Below are positions 58,711 to 64,000 of a DNA stretch of 64,000 nt, piece after piece (positions within the stretch are counted from its first letter, which is position 1; each line of letters begins with the position of its first letter). The position numbers and the translations under genes were made by a program. The DNA is from Eutreptiella sp. 'Long Island Sound 2002'. Lineage: Eukaryota > Protista > Euglenida. The stretch spans positions 6,634,001-6,698,000 of the forward strand of contig OZ038379.1 in the NCBI GenBank assembly GCA_964036045.1. Reading direction: 5' to 3'. The notes under the pieces are model-generated. The model worked only from the letters and a program-made list of their open reading frames with translations, searched no databases and had not been told where the DNA came from.

Positions 58711-59286
58711 CACGTAGGGCGGCCGAGGGACAGGAAAGAACCAATACCCCATGGGTCGGACGCACTGGGGCGACCCAGCCGACCCACCGGGCCAGTGGCA
58801 GGAGCGGTACTCCAAGGCCACTGGTCCGAGCCCGGCCAGGCTGCATCGGGGACCATGGCAAACGTCACCCGGAGCCATGGAAGCAACCGGTGACAGGCGA
58901 GCCGGTACACAGTCCAGGAGGGGGTCACCTGCCAAGCAGAGTGGCCCCGCAACTCAAGCCACAAGGGTGAGGCGGACGTACCGTAGACAAGCGGGAGCAA
59001 TACCCCTTGTGGTGAGAGATACTCCACACGGCTGGGCAGCCCCCCAGAGCTGCCGCCCAAAGGAGGGGGCATGTGGCCCTACCCATGGACACATGTGGGG
59101 ACACCCTCCCACCTGGGCACATGGACCGGGTGGCGGCGACAATGCCTTCCCAAGCACATGCGGGAGCGGCTCAAGAGGCACCTGACATAGGGCAGTGGGA
59201 GGGACAGGACGTCCCCTTGGTAAGACCTTCTTCCTGCAATGTCAAAGGAGGCATCCCGAGCTCCCGAAGATACCTACCTACCTACC

Positions 59287-60777
59287 TCTGTTGAGGGCTG
59301 CAGGGAAGGGTAGCGCAGCGCTTAACACGGGGGAGCTGTGACAGTTCATTCCGCCGCAACTACTTCTGCCCGCACCCAACGGTTTGCCAACCGAATGGTA
59401 GTCGCCAAACCTGGGCCCACAACCGCTTTTCCAACCATTGTTAACCGCCTCCGGCACCCACTTTTGAACTCCCCCTCCAGTCCCCCACTTCCAATCCCAA
59501 CAATTATGACTGTCCTCCATTTGGGATGCCAGGGTATCTTCCGGCTGTTGTTGCTTTGCAAAATGGCGCTGCATCTGAACTGGTTGCCCCCCCCCCCCCC
59601 CAAAAAAGAGACAACACACAAATACAAAAAATAGTAGCAGACACAACCTCCCAACCCAACCCAACCCACCGACAAGCAGCACGATTAACCCGACCACAAA
59701 TAAATTATCCGCCACAACAACTATCCGCCGACATTTTCCAGACTCCTGTTCCGACCTTGGTGTGTGGGGCTTGATTTGTCTGGGGTATTGTGCTGTAGTT
59801 TTTGATCTTGCGTGTCGTTGCTTCTCCATGAGGGTCCTTTGGTGCTGTCATGCTTTGTGGATGGTCAGATTGGTTGAAGGGTCATTTGGGCCGTATTTGG
59901 CCGTACTGCCCTCTACGGTGCCCCGCTGGCGCAAATTCCTCTATGGTCCACCCAAGGTGAGCACAACCCCCTCTATGGTGCCCCTACAGTGAGCACATTC
60001 CCTCTATGGCCTCGTGTAGTGATCACTCCCCTCATGGCCACTCAAGAGGGGGCAGACACTCTGAAATGGCGCCCCTTCAGTGAGCACAACCCCCTGCTAT
60101 GGCCCCCCTGCAGTGAGGAGAAGCGCCTGTATGGCCCTCCAGGCGGCCCAACAGGACAACAAACAGGGCCCCTCGGTGCTAGCCATGAGGCAAGGGCGGG
60201 TGTAAGGCTCGGGGTGTACGTGGGTGGATTGGAGGGAGAGAAGGAGCGGGAGACCAGGAGGCAGCCCCGAGGGACGCCGCCCCCCTCCCTCCAGATGACG
60301 GTAGGCAGGTCTTCTTGTCCAAAGTAAGGAAAAACTCTCCATCAAAATTGCATCTGCAATGTGCCCCAGAAACGCATGTCAACCATATACATGCCTCCAG
60401 CAACAAGCAGCCCCTTCGTCCATGAAAAATCCGACGGCCAGTCCCTATCCTCTGTCCTGCACCTCATTGCGCCGTGCTCCTGTTCCCAAACAAAACTCCT
60501 GCCCCCCCACCCGCCATCCATCTGTCAATACCCGCTTTTGCAACCGCTCTTGAAACCGCCTTCATGCCCCTGCTGTGCCCTTGCAGTGCGACAACGTGAC
60601 GATGGTGGCAGTTTCTGCCGGTTGGGTGTCGGGTGGTGGCGCGCTGGTGGCAGTGCCGGAGCAGCAGCTGGACGCCACTGGGACGTACACCGTGTGCTAC
60701 AACTTCCGCGGCCTGGGTCTGCTGTCCATCACTGACCTGGTGGTGGTGAGCGGGGCGGTGGCCTTCCGGACCGTTGG
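59287..60777 (+). repeat. 1.49-kb direct duplication, right copy (continues into the intact exon 8)
   Basis: See left copy. Confidence 0.95.
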
Positions 60778-61015
60778 GTCGTTGGGGCAGTACCAGTCGT
60801 TCTCGCTGATCGTGGATGGCGCGGGGCTGTCAACGGCCGACAGATACGCCCTCGTGGCCAACGCCACGGCGGACTGCTTTGAGCTCACCGACCTGGGGAC
60901 GCTGATCCTGGCCGGGCAGTTGGCGGGCAGCACCCAAGTCAATATCCCAACGTTGCAGATGGGCGCTGGGCTTTACAGGGTTTGTTACCAGCTGGGGACC
61001 AATGTGGCGCGGCAG
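60587..61015 (+). CDS. Giant repeat surface protein, exon 8 (intact copy)
   Basis: Acceptor CCCTTGCAG|, donor CAG|GTACCC, phase 0/0; TPGQE|CDNVT is continuous with exon 7. Confidence 0.85.
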
Positions 61016-61482
61016 GTACCCCCCCCCCCCCGAAACTGCACCCGTGTGCCCTGTATCCCCTTTGCATGCCCCGTATACCCATGTGTGTGTGTGTGTGTGC
61101 CGCAGCCGGAGGGGAGCTTAAATGACATTTCACATTGTCCTTCACAGGCCCTTGGCTTAGCGCTCAGCGCGGCTGCCGAGGGCTGGAGACGGTCGGGATC
61201 GGGTGCAGGATGTGCCTCTTCCTCCCTGTACTGCAGAAAGGCGCCTAGTCCCTGATGGTCATGTCTGTTCTTTGACTATTTGCGGCCTGACGAGGATCTA
61301 CTTACGACCAGTGCCTGTGCCTGTCCTGTTCTTGCTGGTTCTGGGCTTTGGTCGCTTTGCGTCATCCGCGTGTGTGTGTGCCCTGTATTCCCCCCCTGTA
61401 CACCCTGTCCCTCCTGTATGCCCGGTGTTCCCCGTGCTCGCTCTGTATATCACCACAGCCCCACATTCATCGCATGCTTCAG

Positions 61483-61966
61483 GTTGCGGGCAATTACACC
61501 ATTTTTGGTGCCACCCAGTACACCACACTGCCCGCCACCCCATCCCGCAACAACCAATTCAACCTGACCATTTACGGCTACGGGCTCTCCGGGGACGACA
61601 AGTTCGCGCTCATCGAGGGCCACCCATCGACTTGCGATGACTCAGTGGGGGGGCAGCAGATAACTCCCCAGCTCCTGAAGAGCGACGAAGAGGTCAATGC
61701 CATGGCGTACACGTACGCCGCGGGCACGTACACTGTGTGCTACCGCTGGGGATTCTTCAGTTGGGCTGCAATGCAGGAGCCGCTGGTGGTGCTGGGCGCT
61801 ACTGGGTACTCCACAACACCCTCCCAGCCGACGGACATGGTGGCCTTCACAGTCACCATCTTGGGCAGCGGATTCAGCACCGACGACAATTACGCGTTGC
61901 TTGAATCCGCCAGCGACTGCAGCGGGGCAGGAGGTGCCTCACAGGACGTCACCAGTGGAATGATAG
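61483..61966 (+). CDS. Giant repeat surface protein, exon 9; the gene probably continues beyond the window
   Basis: Acceptor ATGCTTCAG|; probable donor ATAG|GTCTGA (phase 1), mid-repeat; no TM segment or terminus seen. Confidence 0.8.
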
Positions 61967-62639
61967 GTCTGATCTAACCCCGCCCGCATGTCTGTACCCA
62001 TGCCCAGTGCTCGGGCCAACCCTGCCCAGGCCTTGTGCCAGCCTTGACCATTGGTTAGCAAGGTTTAATCACTTGTAGGCTAAGACATAGGCCATACCAA
62101 AATGGACCAAATCACCTCGAAGAGGGTTGTTAGATCAAGCGCAGGCGCAGGCGTCGTATAACCCTACCCTTTTTTGGGTGTTGTTCGCGTAGCATACCCA
62201 AAGTTGTGGTATCGGATGTCCAACCCCTTGTAAAATCATCATTTTGGGCCAGAAAATGATCCCCCAATGAACTTTTCGATTTTGACACCCCTACCCCCTC
62301 GTACCTGGGTACCCCGTTTGGGGTGTGTGGGGGTGTGTGGGGGGTGGGGGCCAAAACTTCTTTGCATATTGTGGGCGCTGTGTGTTGACTCAGACCTAGG
62401 TCCCGAAGAACTTTTTTCTTGTATATGGAGCCCCTTACTCACGGTGGGGGTCTCAGGTCTGAACTCCGGGTACCCTCGGTCGCCCCCCCCCCCCCCCTGA
62501 ATGGGCCCTTGCCAATGAGGACTTCGCCATTTTCATGCTGGTCAGGCTGCCTAGTGTCACCTGAAAAATTTCCAAAATTCGACTTTTGCCGCAACCCTTC
62601 TGTCGCCCCTACGATGGGTTTGGGTGATCATTTGGTGAC

Positions 62640-64000
62640 AATCCGGGTACTTGAGCACCCATAGGGACCCACATAGTAGCCGCTAGGTCCAAGTAGCCCC
62701 CGCCATGGCCCCCCCGAAAGCCCCAACATTGCTGTTGTTTACGGGCAGGACGGGCTGGGGAGCGGGCTTTTCCCGCAAGTGCTGCAGCCGGGGGAGCACG
62801 ACCGTTATCCATGGGCCGACCTTTGTGGCCCGCTACCACGGCTGCCCCCGGCGCCGGCGCTGCGCATGCGGCCGGGCATGCCACCTGGATGGAAGGGGTG
62901 GGAGCTGGCCTTCGCCCACGACCTGGTCCGGTGGGCAGGGGCCCTTGCTGGGCAACCGGGCCTGGGCGATGTGTCCTAGGCCAAGCTGGCCTTGGACGAT
63001 GAGGCCTTCATAGGTTGGGCACTTCCGGTGTCCCCGCACCACAAGCTGCGAGGGACACACCGCCCCCTGGGTGAAAGGGCCCAGGTGCTGCGCCGCGCGG
63101 CTCAACTGGTGCAGCGACACATGGCGGCGGGACGGCTGCCGCAGGGGGCGCCCACGGACCAGTGCCACTCACTCCTTTTGCTTGGCGGTCGCCTTTGCCA
63201 GGGGCTATGGGCGCGCCCGTACTTCAGGGCACGGGAAGAGATGGCGCTGCAGCTGCTGCACGTGGCGGCGCATTGCCAAGAGATGTGGCTCAAACGGCTG
63301 CGCGCCCCAGCGCGGCTACGGCCAGCGATCGGGGAGCGCTATCTTATGAGCTACTTCCCCCCCCCCCCTGGGTGGGGGGGGGGGCAGGTATTGCCCCCGT
63401 ATGCGCAGCATCCGCGGCACGCCCTGATGCAAGGCGTCCCCCTGGTGGCCCCTCAAGGGCACCGAGGCTTGGGGCAGGGCCTCGGCACGGTGGGTGCCCG
63501 CTACTTGGAGCATGGAGCACGGAGCCCCGTCCTGTGACCGATGGGGTCGCATGCAGTTTGCCATCAGCCGGTGCTATCGAGCGGGGCACATGGGACATGA
63601 GCGCTGTGGCGCAGCCGTGGCGGGGCCCGGCACTGCGTGTCTTGACCCTGCAGATGCGACGGGAGGGGGCTAGGGCCCTATCGGCATGGTTGGCCTGGGT
63701 GTGTCCTGCCTCAGAGGCCTTGCCGCCCCCGGAGTGGCCGGTGGCGCGGCGCAGCTCCGCGGCGCCACGAGTACCGGGCAAGTGCCCCCTAGCCCTCCAC
63801 ACAAGCGACACACAGCCCCCCAGACAATGGGCGCGGACGACAACACGAGTGTGCACCGAGCCGAGCCCGCGGGGGGGGACCCCTCTGGAGACCCCCCCCC
63901 TCCCCTAGCCCCAACGACCTAAGCGCGCAGTGCGGGCGCCCCGCCCCCCAACCGCCCCCGCCAGCTCCAGCTGCGGTCGCACCCCACTTGCGGGGCTCCC
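62640..64000 (+). mobile_element. Probable decayed retroelement ORF fragment
   Basis: GC-rich coding-like frame 62779-63537 broken by stops (…WELAFAHDLVRW…, …LQLLHVAAHCQEMWLKRL…); no diagnostic catalytic motif. Confidence 0.3.

Larger units (their letters stand above)
50868..59286 (+). mobile_element. 5'-truncated non-LTR retrotransposon with a long multi-ORF 3' region and a (TACC)4 tail
   Basis: Starts at RNase H, no RT seen; strongly C/A-skewed + strand; ends GAAGA-TACCTACCTACCTACC (59271-59286) directly against the second duplication copy. Confidence 0.78.

Overview
Repeat-rich, GC-heterogeneous eukaryotic DNA with GT-AG introns. A euglenozoan, possibly a euglenid, is my unverified inference from a VIPER/TATE-type element layout and putative trans-splice acceptors. 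No rRNA, tRNA or CRISPR array was seen. Three structures dominate. (1) 6726-14588: a tyrosine-recombinase (YR) retrotransposon (gag - YR - RT/RNase H) with split direct repeats A1...B1A2...B2. Its empty target site survives in an inverted paralogue at 2668-2669, exposing a CT crossover core. Its gag is interrupted by a 2.6-kb Helentron/DINE-1-like cassette (34-bp sub-terminal inverted repeats, a 12-bp-periodic GTTATCGCG array, a 3' hairpin, T-run flanks) carrying an intronless 2OG-Fe(II) dioxygenase-Zn-finger ORF. (2) 29620->61966: a giant gene of at least 9 exons and about 2630 aa, incomplete at the 3' end. It encodes a signal peptide, a Dictyostelium Sib-like N-terminus and at least 22 Cys-paired ~100-aa repeats. 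(3) 50868-59286: a 5'-truncated non-LTR retrotransposon (RNase H, Zn finger, then RING-like and Ulp1-like ORFs, (TACC)4 tail) between two copies of a 1.49-kb segment. That segment starts at nucleotide +2 of intron 7 and supplies an intact downstream exon 8. The rest is decayed transposon remnants, tandem repeats and microsatellites. Domain calls come from motif recognition by eye; no database search was run.
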